Virus record (IMG/VR): IMGVR_UViG_3300045988_108162
Span: 12,467-76,466 of that record
Length of the DNA stretch: 64,000 nucleotides
Reading direction: 5' to 3' (one strand)
From: a virus
Shown here: positions 38,837 to 48,917 of the stretch, in pieces
Numbering within the stretch: the first letter of the stretch is position 1
Layout: each line of letters begins with the position of its first letter
The notes under the pieces: generated by a model
Told to the model about the DNA's origin: nothing
Database searches by the model: none
Seen by the model: only the letters and a program-made list of their open reading frames with translations
Translations under genes and position numbers: made by a program

Positions 38837-39078
38837 ACCCTATTCTTTTGTTTTTCTTTAAACTTTTCATACAAACTGCTTTCAGTTTCCATTTCCGAAA
38901 TCTCTACCTCTACGTCCTCTCTTTTGAAAATTACTTTCTTGGCTGTCGGATATGCACATTTAGAGATACGAATAGCATTACGAATAGCGTAAACAAAATA
39001 CGTTTCTGGTGACGATTCGATCACCACTACCTCATTTAAAGTGTTTTTGTAATTTTCCATATTATCTGCTTGCTTCAA
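38803..39078 (-). CDS. Hypothetical protein
   Basis: 91-aa ORF. Confidence 0.45.
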   Translation of the reverse strand: MKQADNMENYKNTLNEVVVIESSPETYFVYAIRNAIRISKCAYPTAKKVIFKREDVEVEISEMETESSLYEKFKEKQKNRVWNLMSANNGF

Positions 39079-39416
39079 TTATATAACCAGGATGATCTTC
39101 ACACGCCTCTTTGTATTCGATAAGAAACTTAAGAAATGAATCATAAGACCCCCATCCGTTTTCTGGTTCGTATCTCAAAAGACTCTTTCTCTTGGAGATC
39201 ATAATATATATACCTTTTGTGAGTATCTTCACCATCTCCTTAGTATCTATTTCCCTACCCAATTCTTCCGGTCTCCAAACATAATCGTATAGTGTTTCTT
39301 TGTTTTCTGATACGAATATTTTTTTGTGCCATCTTGTTCATGTTGTGGGTGATGTTTGCAACCCATTTACGATCCTCTTCTTTCTTCTTGCTCTTAATAT
39401 AAACGTCCAGGCTCAT
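39062..39416 (-). CDS. Hypothetical protein whose frame is split at an A7 tract (39319-39325); the track sees only the 39062-39262 part
   Basis: ATG at 39416 gives MSLDVYIKSKKKEEDRKWVANITHNMNKMAQK. After deleting one A the frame continues as ...ETLYDYVWRPEELGREIDTKEMVK into the 39062-39262 ORF. Confidence 0.4.
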
Positions 39417-40407
39417 AATATTTCTCTTTTACTTTGTTATTAATTATCAAATCTGCCACATCATCTCCGTCCCCTACATTCTCAACACTCTGAAGATAGT
39501 CCGATACTTTTATCCTTGACTTCATCATCATCCCATCTATCTTTTTACTCCATGTGTCAAATGCTTGTCCTTTGTCCGGAAAAGCTACAGTCTTTCTATC
39601 TTTTAAAACATCTATCACTTCCGGCCTTAGATTCTGCAACCCACCGGTAGCTACAAATAACTCATCCGGTTTATTCACAGCGCATATAATAGCCGTCTTT
39701 TCTGATTCCACCAAATTAACCACCTTATCCGGATACTGGCTTAGAAGATGTTCTCCGAACAGGCATTGTCTAAACAAGAAGTCTCTTGCATGCAACGAGT
39801 GATAAAACATGACATGAGGCCGCTCATTGTCACCGTCTTTTTCTTTCACTCTTTTTACATCAATCTCATTCCCCTGGCTGTCGGTCTTTATATAAAAATC
39901 CATGATCTTGCCGGTTCTACATACAAAATCTTTGTCTATCTGCCAGAATATACAACACCCTTTCCATCCCCATAAGTCCATTGTTCCGACATGATACCTC
40001 CTGAATACATCAGATACCCTTTCTTTTCCCCATAGAGACGATAAAAATCTAAATACGGTGTTTCTGTCGTCTGGAACCACAGTCCTCTCAAACTCGCTAA
40101 AAGGTATGTAATTTACAACGTCAGGATTTACAGGAGGACGATAAGCTCTTATACACTTGTTTCCCGAAATCCAAAGATCTTTGTCACCTACATCCTTACC
40201 AGTAGGTCGTTTATCGTAACCGCAAGTCCGTTCATGATCGCATCTTCCGAACTCGTTGCCAACAACCTGACCTGTTGCCACATCAATATAAGGAGTGAGG
40301 CACCGGCTTTTTCCGCAAGCCGGGCAGGTTAGCTTCAGCCGGCTCCTTCCGGGCCTGCGGTCAAGTTGAAACCGGGGTACGTTTTCGTATCTTCTGAAAT
40401 CAAGCAT
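39394..40407 (-). CDS. Primase-like protein (N-terminal Cys4 zinc ribbon plus a Toprim-like region)
   Basis: The ribbon reads CPACGKSRC...CDHERTC. The Toprim-like E is in VNLVESEKTAI and the acidic cluster in TVAFPDKGQAFD. Confidence 0.5.
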   Translation of the reverse strand: MLDFRRYENVPRFQLDRRPGRSRLKLTCPACGKSRCLTPYIDVATGQVVGNEFGRCDHERTCGYDKRPTGKDVGDKDLWISGNKCIRAYRPPVNPDVVNYIPFSEFERTVVPDDRNTVFRFLSSLWGKERVSDVFRRYHVGTMDLWGWKGCCIFWQIDKDFVCRTGKIMDFYIKTDSQGNEIDVKRVKEKDGDNERPHVMFYHSLHARDFLFRQCLFGEHLLSQYPDKVVNLVESEKTAIICAVNKPDELFVATGGLQNLRPEVIDVLKDRKTVAFPDKGQAFDTWSKKIDGMMMKSRIKVSDYLQSVENVGDGDDVADLIINNKVKEKYYEPGRLY

Positions 40408-40750
40408 TTTTAACTCCTCTCATTGCTTCTATGATTCTATCCGCTATAGTTATAGACCATGACACCACATCTGGTATATATACTCCGCAATCTATTTCTC
40501 CTTTTCTATCTTGCATTTTAATGAACTCAATAGAATAAGCCTTAACAAGATCGAATCTACGTTGTTCCCAGTCTACATCTTTGTTCTCATCATCCACAGG
40601 AAGGGTATCGAGATAATAATTTAAACTCTCATTTATCACACTTCCGTTGCTGTCATAGAATTGTATTTGGTCATAGTCGCTTCTTATAGTTGAACCACTG
40701 AAGGTGATTACGTCTATTATCTCCCCGGTTCTTCTAATTTTTCTTTTCAT
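40400..40750 (-). CDS. Hypothetical protein
   Basis: 116-aa ORF. Confidence 0.5.
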   Translation of the reverse strand: MKRKIRRTGEIIDVITFSGSTIRSDYDQIQFYDSNGSVINESLNYYLDTLPVDDENKDVDWEQRRFDLVKAYSIEFIKMQDRKGEIDCGVYIPDVVSWSITIADRIIEAMRGVKNA

Positions 40751-40980
40751 ACTATTCTTGTGTTTCTAACCAGTATAGGCATTGTCACATTAACAGTCTT
40801 GCCATATTTCTCGTAAGATGTGAGTATGCATATTGCATACTTATCCCCTATTTTCAAATCTTTCGATAATCTTAATCTTGAACCCCTTTTGATGTTAATA
40901 AAACAATTACCAAAAGGATTGATACATATCGGTTTTACGATTTCCACATAATCTCCTTTAGGAATAACAATATCACTCAT
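40747..40980 (-). CDS. Hypothetical protein
   Basis: 77-aa ORF. Confidence 0.45.
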   Translation of the reverse strand: MSDIVIPKGDYVEIVKPICINPFGNCFINIKRGSRLRLSKDLKIGDKYAICILTSYEKYGKTVNVTMPILVRNTRIV

Positions 40981-42293
40981 ATTACGAATCTTTTAGACAT
41001 TTCCTCAGCAATATCATATACGACAATATGATCCTCTTCATTGTACGGCTTATTGATATTCAGCACTCCTTTTCTCACTTTAAACTTCTTATCTTTTCTA
41101 AGGTGATTCAACATACCTTGTTGGAACACACAGTCCGCCTTTTCAAGTGCTACACTGTCTTCTGTCCATTCTTTCAGCGTATATCCTTTACTGCTCGTGC
41201 TTTTTGGAGAAAAGTTCATAATACGTGCATCAATGCCATACCATGCTTTAACCATTCTTCTTTCAGCTTCCAATTGGAATGCATATGATTCCCATATTCC
41301 TCCCGATTTAAAGTCAAGAATGACCACTTCTTCTTTTTCCACTTCTCTTACTTCCTTCTTCGGATCACCTTTTTTGAACTGTCCGGTAGCCCTTTGATAC
41401 ACGGCTCCAAAATAACCTTCTTCTTTGTATTTGAATGTCATTTTAACCATCGCATCAATAGGTGTTGCTACAAGGTAATCCTCTAAAGAAAGGATTCTTT
41501 CTATCATCATCGGTTTCACCTTGTAATCAGAACAGAATTTGGCAAACTTCATGACCCTGACAATCATATCGTCAAGATCATCTATGCTATTAAAGAACCG
41601 ATCAAGATTTTTCTTAGATATCTTCAGCTTGCCTTCTTGCACTGTCTTAACCACAAAGCTTCGATTTAAGACCATATCTCTACCTGTTAGGTACAATCCG
41701 TATAAGTAGTGCATGATCGTTCCCTTATCGGCTTCATACTGCGCTACCTCTTCTGGATTGCGACCAAGCATCTTTATCTCTTGCTTCCATTCCTGAAGTG
41801 CTGTCTTATCATCTACATACCCATCTTTGATTAAAGTTGTTACCGAAGCATATATCTTAGCCGTCCCATCATCCATCTTTCTTACATAAAAACGATTATC
41901 GTCTAATGTCAATCTTACGAATTTGGGGGTCTCAATCTTCTTTAACTCATCACAGATATAAAACGGCTCTAATGTTTCCTGATTTTCTGTAAACGGATTC
42001 GAATCTTCTTCTCCAGGGTTAGGAGCGGCTTCCTCCGCCTGAGCTTCCGGTTCCTCCTTCTGGGCCTGCTCTGGCTCAGGCGCCGGCTCTTCAACTATTG
42101 GAACCTGCCCGCCTCTTTCTGCTATGTCTCTGTTCTTTATTAAAGACATAACCTCCTTCTTCAACTGCTCTGGTGTTTGGTTAGGATCTGACACCGACAT
42201 CACAACATCGTTCATTCTAAACAATGTATTTCCTTCTCCTTCCACCATAGGGACAAACCCTAAATCTGTCAATATTTTTATTTTCTCTTTCAT
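40977..42293 (-). CDS. PD-(D/E)XK family nuclease (YqaJ/lambda-exonuclease-like C-terminal domain), acidic Pro-rich N-terminal linker
   Basis: Reads VVILDFKSGGIWESYAFQLEAE, a D..K core. The call rests on the motif alone. Confidence 0.45.
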   Translation of the reverse strand: MKEKIKILTDLGFVPMVEGEGNTLFRMNDVVMSVSDPNQTPEQLKKEVMSLIKNRDIAERGGQVPIVEEPAPEPEQAQKEEPEAQAEEAAPNPGEEDSNPFTENQETLEPFYICDELKKIETPKFVRLTLDDNRFYVRKMDDGTAKIYASVTTLIKDGYVDDKTALQEWKQEIKMLGRNPEEVAQYEADKGTIMHYLYGLYLTGRDMVLNRSFVVKTVQEGKLKISKKNLDRFFNSIDDLDDMIVRVMKFAKFCSDYKVKPMMIERILSLEDYLVATPIDAMVKMTFKYKEEGYFGAVYQRATGQFKKGDPKKEVREVEKEEVVILDFKSGGIWESYAFQLEAERRMVKAWYGIDARIMNFSPKSTSSKGYTLKEWTEDSVALEKADCVFQQGMLNHLRKDKKFKVRKGVLNINKPYNEEDHIVVYDIAEEMSKRFVI

Positions 42294-42475
42294 GATCTTC
42301 CTCTAATCAATTCTTCTTTAATACAATGTAACACTGTTTCCACTTCATCTTTATCTCTATCTTTCACTGCGATAGCTATATCCTTGCCATAACTCTCTCT
42401 TTGTATGTGAGCATAAAAGATAGTTTCATCGTCAGCTTCTATTCTTATTTTATAAAGTTTTCTCATATCTGTCAA
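42290..42475 (-). CDS. Small hypothetical protein
   Basis: 61-aa ORF. Confidence 0.35.
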   Translation of the reverse strand: MTDMRKLYKIRIEADDETIFYAHIQRESYGKDIAIAVKDRDKDEVETVLHCIKEELIRGRS

Positions 42476-42974
42476 TTATTTCAATAATTAATCTACCTCT
42501 TTCTTTAATCATTCCCTTGTTTTCCATATCCAGCACCTTCTTTACCGCATACTTCCACACAAAAGGAAATTCTGTTTCAAGTTTATCAAATTCCATCCGG
42601 TCAAGATACATGTCGAATACCGTATGCTCCGATTCATGAAGGAAAACTATATTATCCCTGCAAGTAGCAACCGACTTATATATCCTTTTCGGAAGTATGT
42701 GACAGACGTTGCATACTGTAGGAAAATGAATAGCCTTACCGGTCATAGACATTCGAATAGCACTCAACTCCTCCAACATAAGACGAAAAAACCCGGATAA
42801 ATCCGGGTTCTCTAACTTTTTCTTCTTGCTGCTGTTTTTAATGGATGTAATTCTGTCTTTTTTCTTCGGAGTCAACTCTTTGCTCCTGCAAGCCTGGCAT
42901 AAGCCATGACTTCTTATCATTACTTTTCGTCCGCATTTTTCGCAGACGTATAGCTTCTTTTCCTTGCTTTCCAT
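42450..42974 (-). CDS. Zn-ribbon protein, possible HNH-like fold
   Basis: Contains CEKCGR...CQAC and CNVCH...N...H; this is weak evidence. Confidence 0.4.
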   Translation of the reverse strand: MESKEKKLYVCEKCGRKVMIRSHGLCQACRSKELTPKKKDRITSIKNSSKKKKLENPDLSGFFRLMLEELSAIRMSMTGKAIHFPTVCNVCHILPKRIYKSVATCRDNIVFLHESEHTVFDMYLDRMEFDKLETEFPFVWKYAVKKVLDMENKGMIKERGRLIIEIIDRYEKTL

Positions 42975-43159
42975 TCGAATAATAATGATATTATTGAAAA
43001 GAATAATCCCGCTGAAGCTAGTAGATAAGGTACGTTCATTAATAATTTAGATACCTCGTCTGTCTTAATCACTATCAGAAGGAAAGCGCCTGCTGAAAGC
43101 AATGATATTATCGCCACAACAAGCGCTATGTTGGAAACTACATCAGCCTTACTCTTCAC
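42920..43159 (-). CDS. Small membrane protein
   Basis: Two predicted TM helices. Confidence 0.4.
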   Translation of the reverse strand: MKSKADVVSNIALVVAIISLLSAGAFLLIVIKTDEVSKLLMNVPYLLASAGLFFSIISLLFEWKARKRSYTSAKNADEK

Positions 43160-43619
43160 TCTTCTTCTCGCCTAATTTTTCAGCTCCCTTCTGAAGATCG
43201 TATTTAAACACTTCAATGATTTTCGTTTCCACAATAGACTCGCAATTCCAGTCTCCTAACGTACCCTGCATACCTTTAGTCAACACAGCTTCGGCATCCT
43301 TAGGATTGCCGGCCTGGATATACATATAGCATGGAGTTTTCTTTTCTTTACCTTTCTTTTCATCCAGTGTAATGTAATTCACCTTACACTTATACCAGTA
43401 CTCAGCTTCTCCGTTGAAGAAGATTTCCGACACTTTAATAGGATTAATTTTTACAACCTCGAAAGAATTGTACAAATCCTTGAAGATCTCCAACGATCTT
43501 GATTCTGCCTCTGTGTAAGACAAGGCATCCACTAAATACTTTTCAGTTACTTTCTTTTTTTTGCCGTTCTCGATATTATCAATCTCGGCTTTTACCGTAA
43601 TTTCAAACCAGCGATTCAT
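43149..43619 (-). CDS. Hypothetical protein
   Basis: 156-aa ORF with an in-frame A8 (KKKK). Confidence 0.5.
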   Translation of the reverse strand: MNRWFEITVKAEIDNIENGKKKKVTEKYLVDALSYTEAESRSLEIFKDLYNSFEVVKINPIKVSEIFFNGEAEYWYKCKVNYITLDEKKGKEKKTPCYMYIQAGNPKDAEAVLTKGMQGTLGDWNCESIVETKIIEVFKYDLQKGAEKLGEKKSEE

Positions 43620-43630
43620 TGTATTAATAT

Positions 43631-43885
43631 TTAATTAGTTGATTTCTTTCCTTTCTCTATACTGTTTTTAAATCTTTCAGAACACCACTGCAAAACGTCC
43701 ATCATCATCATCTCATTATTAGATAAGATACCTTTTATAACTAACGCCAATTGATGCTGTGACATTCGTTGGCTCATATCAAATCTTCTTTCCTCTTCAT
43801 TTACTATCGTAGCCACGAAATACTTACACCCCTCTAAGTGCGTCAGAGCCTCAATCATAGCTTCTTTTATCTCTTTTTCTTCCAT
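43631..43885 (-). CDS. Hypothetical protein
   Basis: 84-aa ORF. Confidence 0.45.
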   Translation of the reverse strand: MEEKEIKEAMIEALTHLEGCKYFVATIVNEEERRFDMSQRMSQHQLALVIKGILSNNEMMMMDVLQWCSERFKNSIEKGKKSTN

Positions 43886-43966
43886 CCTGTTTGTTTTTTT
43901 TTGGATAAAGATATGTCTTTTGATAATAAAAAAGATTCAAAATTATTTAATTTAGCTTAATTGCTG

Positions 43967-44641
43967 CTATTTTAATTCGTCAGGTATAGGAACTGGTATA
44001 GACATGTCGAACTTTTTTCTGATAAACACCTCTGTTTCTTCATTGAATGGATAGGCCTCCTTGATAAAATTCATAGCCACCTCCATGTCGCCATCTGCTA
44101 TATCTTTATACCTCTCAAAGATGCCAACCATGTCGTTGTTATATGAACGCTCTTGTTTTATATTGTACACGTATTTCAATACCCTATCTTTGATTTCATT
44201 GGCTTTTTTCACGGTGTCATTGAAGGTGTTTATACTTGTCAATTCAGGGTTTTTATTTTTCTCATCTATCTTATCAAACTCTTCCTTGCTATATCCTGTT
44301 TCTCCTTTAACAGCCGGGCAAACACCCTCCTTCATGATCCAAAACTGTTCATACGATCCTGCCAGATATCTCGATTCTGTTTTAAATGCATTATACTTGA
44401 CAAGCAAATTAGCCACCTCTGTTGCACCTTCTATGGTTCTAAAACCGATGCCGATATCTTTTAACATAAATACCGGAACTCCCATTCTTGGATACACGAC
44501 TTCTTTTTCGTTCTTTATATTCCAGTTTTTAGCTTCAATTGGAATACCTTTACCAGCAAGCTCTTTGTCTATATACAGATATATCTCTTTGCATGTCAAT
44601 GATACAATCTCATCCCTGCTTAAATCAAAAACTGTTTTCAT
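43967..44641 (-). CDS. Hypothetical protein
   Basis: 224-aa ORF. Confidence 0.55.
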   Translation of the reverse strand: MKTVFDLSRDEIVSLTCKEIYLYIDKELAGKGIPIEAKNWNIKNEKEVVYPRMGVPVFMLKDIGIGFRTIEGATEVANLLVKYNAFKTESRYLAGSYEQFWIMKEGVCPAVKGETGYSKEEFDKIDEKNKNPELTSINTFNDTVKKANEIKDRVLKYVYNIKQERSYNNDMVGIFERYKDIADGDMEVAMNFIKEAYPFNEETEVFIRKKFDMSIPVPIPDELK

Positions 44642-44841
44642 TTTTCTTTATTTATTAAATTAAACAACTTACTTCTTTGTTCAGGCTCCGTATATTCTAC
44701 CCATATATCGGCTGCCACATTTCTAAGAAATTCCATAAAGTCTTGATGATCTCTGTATTCAGTAGAATCGACTTTTCTCACAAAACTTAGAATTTCCTTT
44801 AACATCTTATTGTTTTCTTCAAGAAGTTCTCTGTCAGTCAT
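44638..44841 (-). CDS. Hypothetical protein
   Basis: 67-aa ORF. Confidence 0.4.
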   Translation of the reverse strand: MTDRELLEENNKMLKEILSFVRKVDSTEYRDHQDFMEFLRNVAADIWVEYTEPEQRSKLFNLINKEK

Positions 44842-44949
44842 AACCTTTCAAATTTTCTTCTTAAGCCTTTACCTGCCCAGATATCATGTCTTTTTCTTGA
44901 TAAATCTTTGCTGCTTTTCCAATATCTTCTCTCTTCATAATTTTATACT

Positions 44950-45210
44950 TTAATCTAACACTCCAATAAAATCATCGGGAGTTATATATCCTGCTGATTC
45001 CATACAGTCTATAATCTCATTCGCATTCATTTCTGAACAGTTCCATTCAAGCATGATTTCATTTCCTGGAGTCATGCTCAAATTAGGCTCAATATCTCTA
45101 AATCCTGAGAAAGCAAGATGTTTCCAAATGGATTGCAGTGCAAGGTCTGCTTCATTTTGTTTGTTTTCTGCTTTCTTTATGGCATTTCTTAATCTTTTAT
45201 TCATTATCAC
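44950..45210 (-). CDS. Hypothetical protein
   Basis: 86-aa ORF. Confidence 0.45.
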   Translation of the reverse strand: MIMNKRLRNAIKKAENKQNEADLALQSIWKHLAFSGFRDIEPNLSMTPGNEIMLEWNCSEMNANEIIDCMESAGYITPDDFIGVLD

Positions 45211-45466
45211 CCCCTCCCTCTTCTTCTTTGCATGGGAGCAAGTCTTCGATGTATGCCCAGCGCATATAATGATTCTTTTCCGAAAGTTCTTCCCATGGCT
45301 TGCTCTTGGTTAAAAAATAGACCAAATCATAAGCACTGTCAATATCCTCCACAATGAGCAGCTTCCCTTTGTCTGGCTTTTCTCTTGCATCGTGCCACAC
45401 GCTGTTAATGCGCCATTCTGCACCAGCTTTAAAAAGAGGAACAGCATATTCTATATCTTGTTTCAT
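45197..45466 (-). CDS. Hypothetical protein
   Basis: 89-aa ORF. Confidence 0.45.
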   Translation of the reverse strand: MKQDIEYAVPLFKAGAEWRINSVWHDAREKPDKGKLLIVEDIDSAYDLVYFLTKSKPWEELSEKNHYMRWAYIEDLLPCKEEEGGGDNE

Positions 45467-45510
45467 GTCTTATTATTGTTTAATTAATTTAAATATTTTT
45501 AGTTTTGAAA

Positions 45511-45758
45511 TTATTTAATATGCTTATCGGCTGGATTGATTATCAATCCATCGTCACATGAAGGGAATGATATGTTAGATTCTCCATTATCAAGATTAGT
45601 CAGTTTAACCGTTCCAGCATATTCATCATCCACAAAAAAAACAATTGACCCGAAGAAACCACAAACCTGCATTGATATGCATTCATCATTGCTCCAAGTT
45701 GTCTAATCTTAGTTTTAATCTCTAAAAGTTGAGCGTTGTTGATTATATTCTTATTCAT
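45511..45758 (-). CDS. Small hypothetical protein split at a T8 tract (plus-strand A8 at 45634-45641); a -1 shift would join the two halves
   Basis: The 57-aa N-terminal part MNKNIINNAQ...SSGQLFF ends soon after the run. The -1 frame continues as VDDEYAGTVKLTNLDNGESNISFPSCDDGLIINPADKHIK. Confidence 0.3.
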
Positions 45759-45911
45759 ATTTTATTAAAGTTTATCTATTATTTTGTCATCCATTTCCTG
45801 CCATTCATCACTCACGCTTATAACCAATCCTATGACAGTGAATGATAATAGCAACGTAAAAATAAGCCATAACAGAAAGCAGATAAAAACACATACATAC
45901 CTCATGATTTT

Positions 45912-46658
45912 TCAGTTGTTAGATAAAAGCAAAATCGGTTCATTTGACTCCGCAATTGCTTTTATTTGTTCTGGATTGATAAAACTCTTGACTTGTTCGC
46001 TTATATTACAAATGGACTTGATCATATCAACGAATAATTTCGAGGTACATTCGTTACACTCCACTTCCATTATCTGTTTATGTCTATTGTATGATATGCT
46101 CGTTACACAATTCAGCCAGTGCGCATAGGTTCCTTTTTCTGTATTTAACCTGCTGTATTCTACTTTTGTCTCTCCATTTCCATATTCAATTACTCTTTTT
46201 AGAAATGGTTTTGCATAAACACTAAAACCGAAAGGTTCGGCATTTAAAGCATCTAAACGAGAAGTTCCATCTCTCCATTCTCCATTCTCATAGTTCCCTG
46301 TCCATTCCACAGAGGGGTTAGGAACAATGTTTCCGTTTTTGTCATAGGCAAATGAACATAGAGTTTCTAACTGATACTTAATAACAGGTACTTCTTCTAC
46401 TATTTTATAACTCAAACATCTCTTCAGAACTTTCCTGATTTGACTCACTAGATCAGAAAATGATGTGCTATTGAAATATCCTTCGTTACCTAATCTGTTT
46501 GTAGGTAATTTGATCCCATAAGAACGAATCTTATCCACATCTTCTTTTGATAAAGTAGTGGTAAGCACTCCTTTTTGGGTGATATTCACTTTAACAGTTA
46601 CAGATAAACTGTTGTTATCATTCTTTTCCGTTATATTTAGTGTTGTTAATACTGCCAT
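45912..46658 (-). CDS. Hypothetical protein
   Basis: 248-aa ORF. Confidence 0.55.
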   Translation of the reverse strand: MAVLTTLNITEKNDNNSLSVTVKVNITQKGVLTTTLSKEDVDKIRSYGIKLPTNRLGNEGYFNSTSFSDLVSQIRKVLKRCLSYKIVEEVPVIKYQLETLCSFAYDKNGNIVPNPSVEWTGNYENGEWRDGTSRLDALNAEPFGFSVYAKPFLKRVIEYGNGETKVEYSRLNTEKGTYAHWLNCVTSISYNRHKQIMEVECNECTSKLFVDMIKSICNISEQVKSFINPEQIKAIAESNEPILLLSNN

Positions 46659-46676
46659 AATAAGATCTTTTTGAAA

Positions 46677-46928
46677 TCAATTCGAATAAATATAATGCAT
46701 TCCTGCTTCATATACCCTATGTACATCAGGGTCATTCTTGTCTTCCGGTTCCAATTCACTTTCTTCACGAGTATAATTCCATTCAGAGTTGTAGTACATA
46801 TCCTCATTTGTTTTCTCCAAGGAGCAATCTTTCATCAAATTCATATTTTCTCCCCAGACTGCAACTTCTTTCTGTTGCTCTTCTTCTGTCATAAGAGATA
46901 TTTTGTCTTTCAATTCTTTCCAGGTCAT
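46677..46928 (-). CDS. Hypothetical protein
   Basis: 83-aa ORF. Confidence 0.45.
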   Translation of the reverse strand: MTWKELKDKISLMTEEEQQKEVAVWGENMNLMKDCSLEKTNEDMYYNSEWNYTREESELEPEDKNDPDVHRVYEAGMHYIYSN

Positions 46929-46952
46929 GATTTTTAAAAGATGATTAATAGT

Positions 46953-47336
46953 TTATTCTACATCAAAAAGTTGATCTAACACTAATAATTCGGCATCCAT
47001 GTCTTCATCTTTCGGGAAACGAACTTTTATATTTCCAAACTTAGATGTCTTAAACAAGATGTAGGGGTTCATATCTTCGGCAGTCACCGGCTTATACTCC
47101 TTAACTTCCGACATCTTGAGATACCAGTCACCTATTTTTACAAACCCAGAAAAGATAGAACACAGATGCGCTTTTACAGACTGTATCTCCTTTTTATCTT
47201 TGAAAGGTATAATTTCGTCCTTTCCCCTTATCCTGATTGACAAGAAAGGACGAATGTTATCTGTTTCATTTTGAAATTTGAAGCCTGTTATGGCTTGCTT
47301 GGGGATTCTTCTTCCCATTAATATAAAATAGCTCAT
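46953..47336 (-). CDS. Hypothetical protein
   Basis: 127-aa ORF. Confidence 0.5.
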   Translation of the reverse strand: MSYFILMGRRIPKQAITGFKFQNETDNIRPFLSIRIRGKDEIIPFKDKKEIQSVKAHLCSIFSGFVKIGDWYLKMSEVKEYKPVTAEDMNPYILFKTSKFGNIKVRFPKDEDMDAELLVLDQLFDVE

Positions 47337-47647
47337 TGTGATAAGTGATTTTGTTTTATATCAGGTAAGTAATTTGTAATAACATCAAGTGATATCCATA
47401 ACTCTGGCTCTATGCTGTTTTTTATTCTATCACTGAAAAGAGAATTATCATCACAATCACAATGAGAGATTGTGATATAACAATCTTGATAATCCCACCA
47501 ATGAGCCGATTTAAAATCGTCTCCTCCATTCCAAAACCCTATTCTTATACCTCTTGGGTTGAAATCTTCATCTATCCAACTTGGGTGATAAGCCAACACT
47601 TCTTCTCCCTCTGAAGGTTTTTCCTCTTTGAATTTCTTCCAGTTCAT
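47333..47647 (-). CDS. Hypothetical protein
   Basis: 104-aa ORF. Confidence 0.5.
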   Translation of the reverse strand: MNWKKFKEEKPSEGEEVLAYHPSWIDEDFNPRGIRIGFWNGGDDFKSAHWWDYQDCYITISHCDCDDNSLFSDRIKNSIEPELWISLDVITNYLPDIKQNHLSQ

Positions 47648-47747
47648 CTCACCTTTAATTAATTAGACACAAATATACAAGTTTTACTAAGATGCCCTTC
47701 TGTCATCTCTTTGACATACTCCCACACCTAAAGTTCGCGGTAGTATG

Positions 47748-48092
47748 TCAATCTATTGATTTCTTCCCAATCTTTTTAATCTTTGTTGGTCTTGACAATC
47801 GATAATCCTTTTCTATCGGCCTATCGAATACGTCATTCCTATATCCTTTCTCGTAAATACTAACCCTTGCACAAAACTCAACCACATCGCCTGGTAATAA
47901 ATCGGCGCTTTCGAATCCTTTTGTCAAATCAAACCACAAATGATCTGTTACTATTTTACCATCGAGTAACACGTCTTGTAAAAGTATTGTCTTTACAGGT
48001 CCTTTATACCCATCCCTGAATCCAAAACGAATGAATGTCGCTGTAAATACGTGCCGATCTCTTGATCCTATTATTTTCAGTTCTTTTCTCAT
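47748..48092 (-). CDS. Hypothetical protein
   Basis: 114-aa ORF downstream of the ATPase. Confidence 0.5.
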   Translation of the reverse strand: MRKELKIIGSRDRHVFTATFIRFGFRDGYKGPVKTILLQDVLLDGKIVTDHLWFDLTKGFESADLLPGDVVEFCARVSIYEKGYRNDVFDRPIEKDYRLSRPTKIKKIGKKSID

Positions 48093-48098
48093 TCTCTT

Positions 48099-48905
48099 TC
48101 ATTTATTTGTTTCACTTATGAAATTGACAACATCCTTTAGATATCCTTCTGTCATCTCTATGAAATTCACACAATCTAATTTGCTTAATTTGTAAATCAA
48201 TGCCGGATTGTGTACTATGGCTATAATTTGCGTTTGTGGTTTATGGAATGACAATACATTATAAATTTGCATTATATTGTCAATGTCAAGATTCCTGTCT
48301 GGCTCATCCATGAGAACCGTGTATTCAAAACTGCTTTCTGTTAATGTTATGCGGTTTCTTTTATAATACTTCAACAGACTATCAATTCTTTTAATCCAAA
48401 ACGCATTTGATTTTTTCTTGTATTCTACAAGATCTTGTATTGGAAACGTATAATCCTTTTGACCGAACATTAAATTGAAAAGTGATTCCAATGATAACAC
48501 CACTTTCTCTCCATAAGATCTTCTAATATTATTCACATACAAATCTAAGTTGCTGATGTTTTTCAATACGCTATCTCGATTCATCTCCGCCGATGGCAAT
48601 AAACGGAATACTTTCCCTGCATAATCGGATGATATATCAATCCCATCAAGAACCTTATCATCATCATCAAACATAGGTGGAAAATCCAGTGCCTCGGTCG
48701 GTATTTCAGAGCACATGGACTTCTCGCATAACGCATACATTGACATGATGTTAAGCAAAGTTGATTTTCCACTACCGTTTTTACCTATAATTACATTCAC
48801 TCCTGGCTTGAAAATAAATTCTCTACCATTTTCAAACGCTTCTATGTCAGAAGCATATTCAAATGGAGTTTTTGTATTGTCTTTTATTTTTACCGATGTT
48901 ATCAT
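48099..48905 (-). CDS. Small ABC/SMC-type (AAA_21-like) ATPase
   Basis: Walker A reads GKNGSGKSTLLN, Walker B reads VLMDEPDRNLD, and the H-loop reads IVHN. No LSGGQ signature motif seen. Confidence 0.7.
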   Translation of the reverse strand: MITSVKIKDNTKTPFEYASDIEAFENGREFIFKPGVNVIIGKNGSGKSTLLNIMSMYALCEKSMCSEIPTEALDFPPMFDDDDKVLDGIDISSDYAGKVFRLLPSAEMNRDSVLKNISNLDLYVNNIRRSYGEKVVLSLESLFNLMFGQKDYTFPIQDLVEYKKKSNAFWIKRIDSLLKYYKRNRITLTESSFEYTVLMDEPDRNLDIDNIMQIYNVLSFHKPQTQIIAIVHNPALIYKLSKLDCVNFIEMTEGYLKDVVNFISETNK

Positions 48906-48917
48906 ATGTAATCCTTT

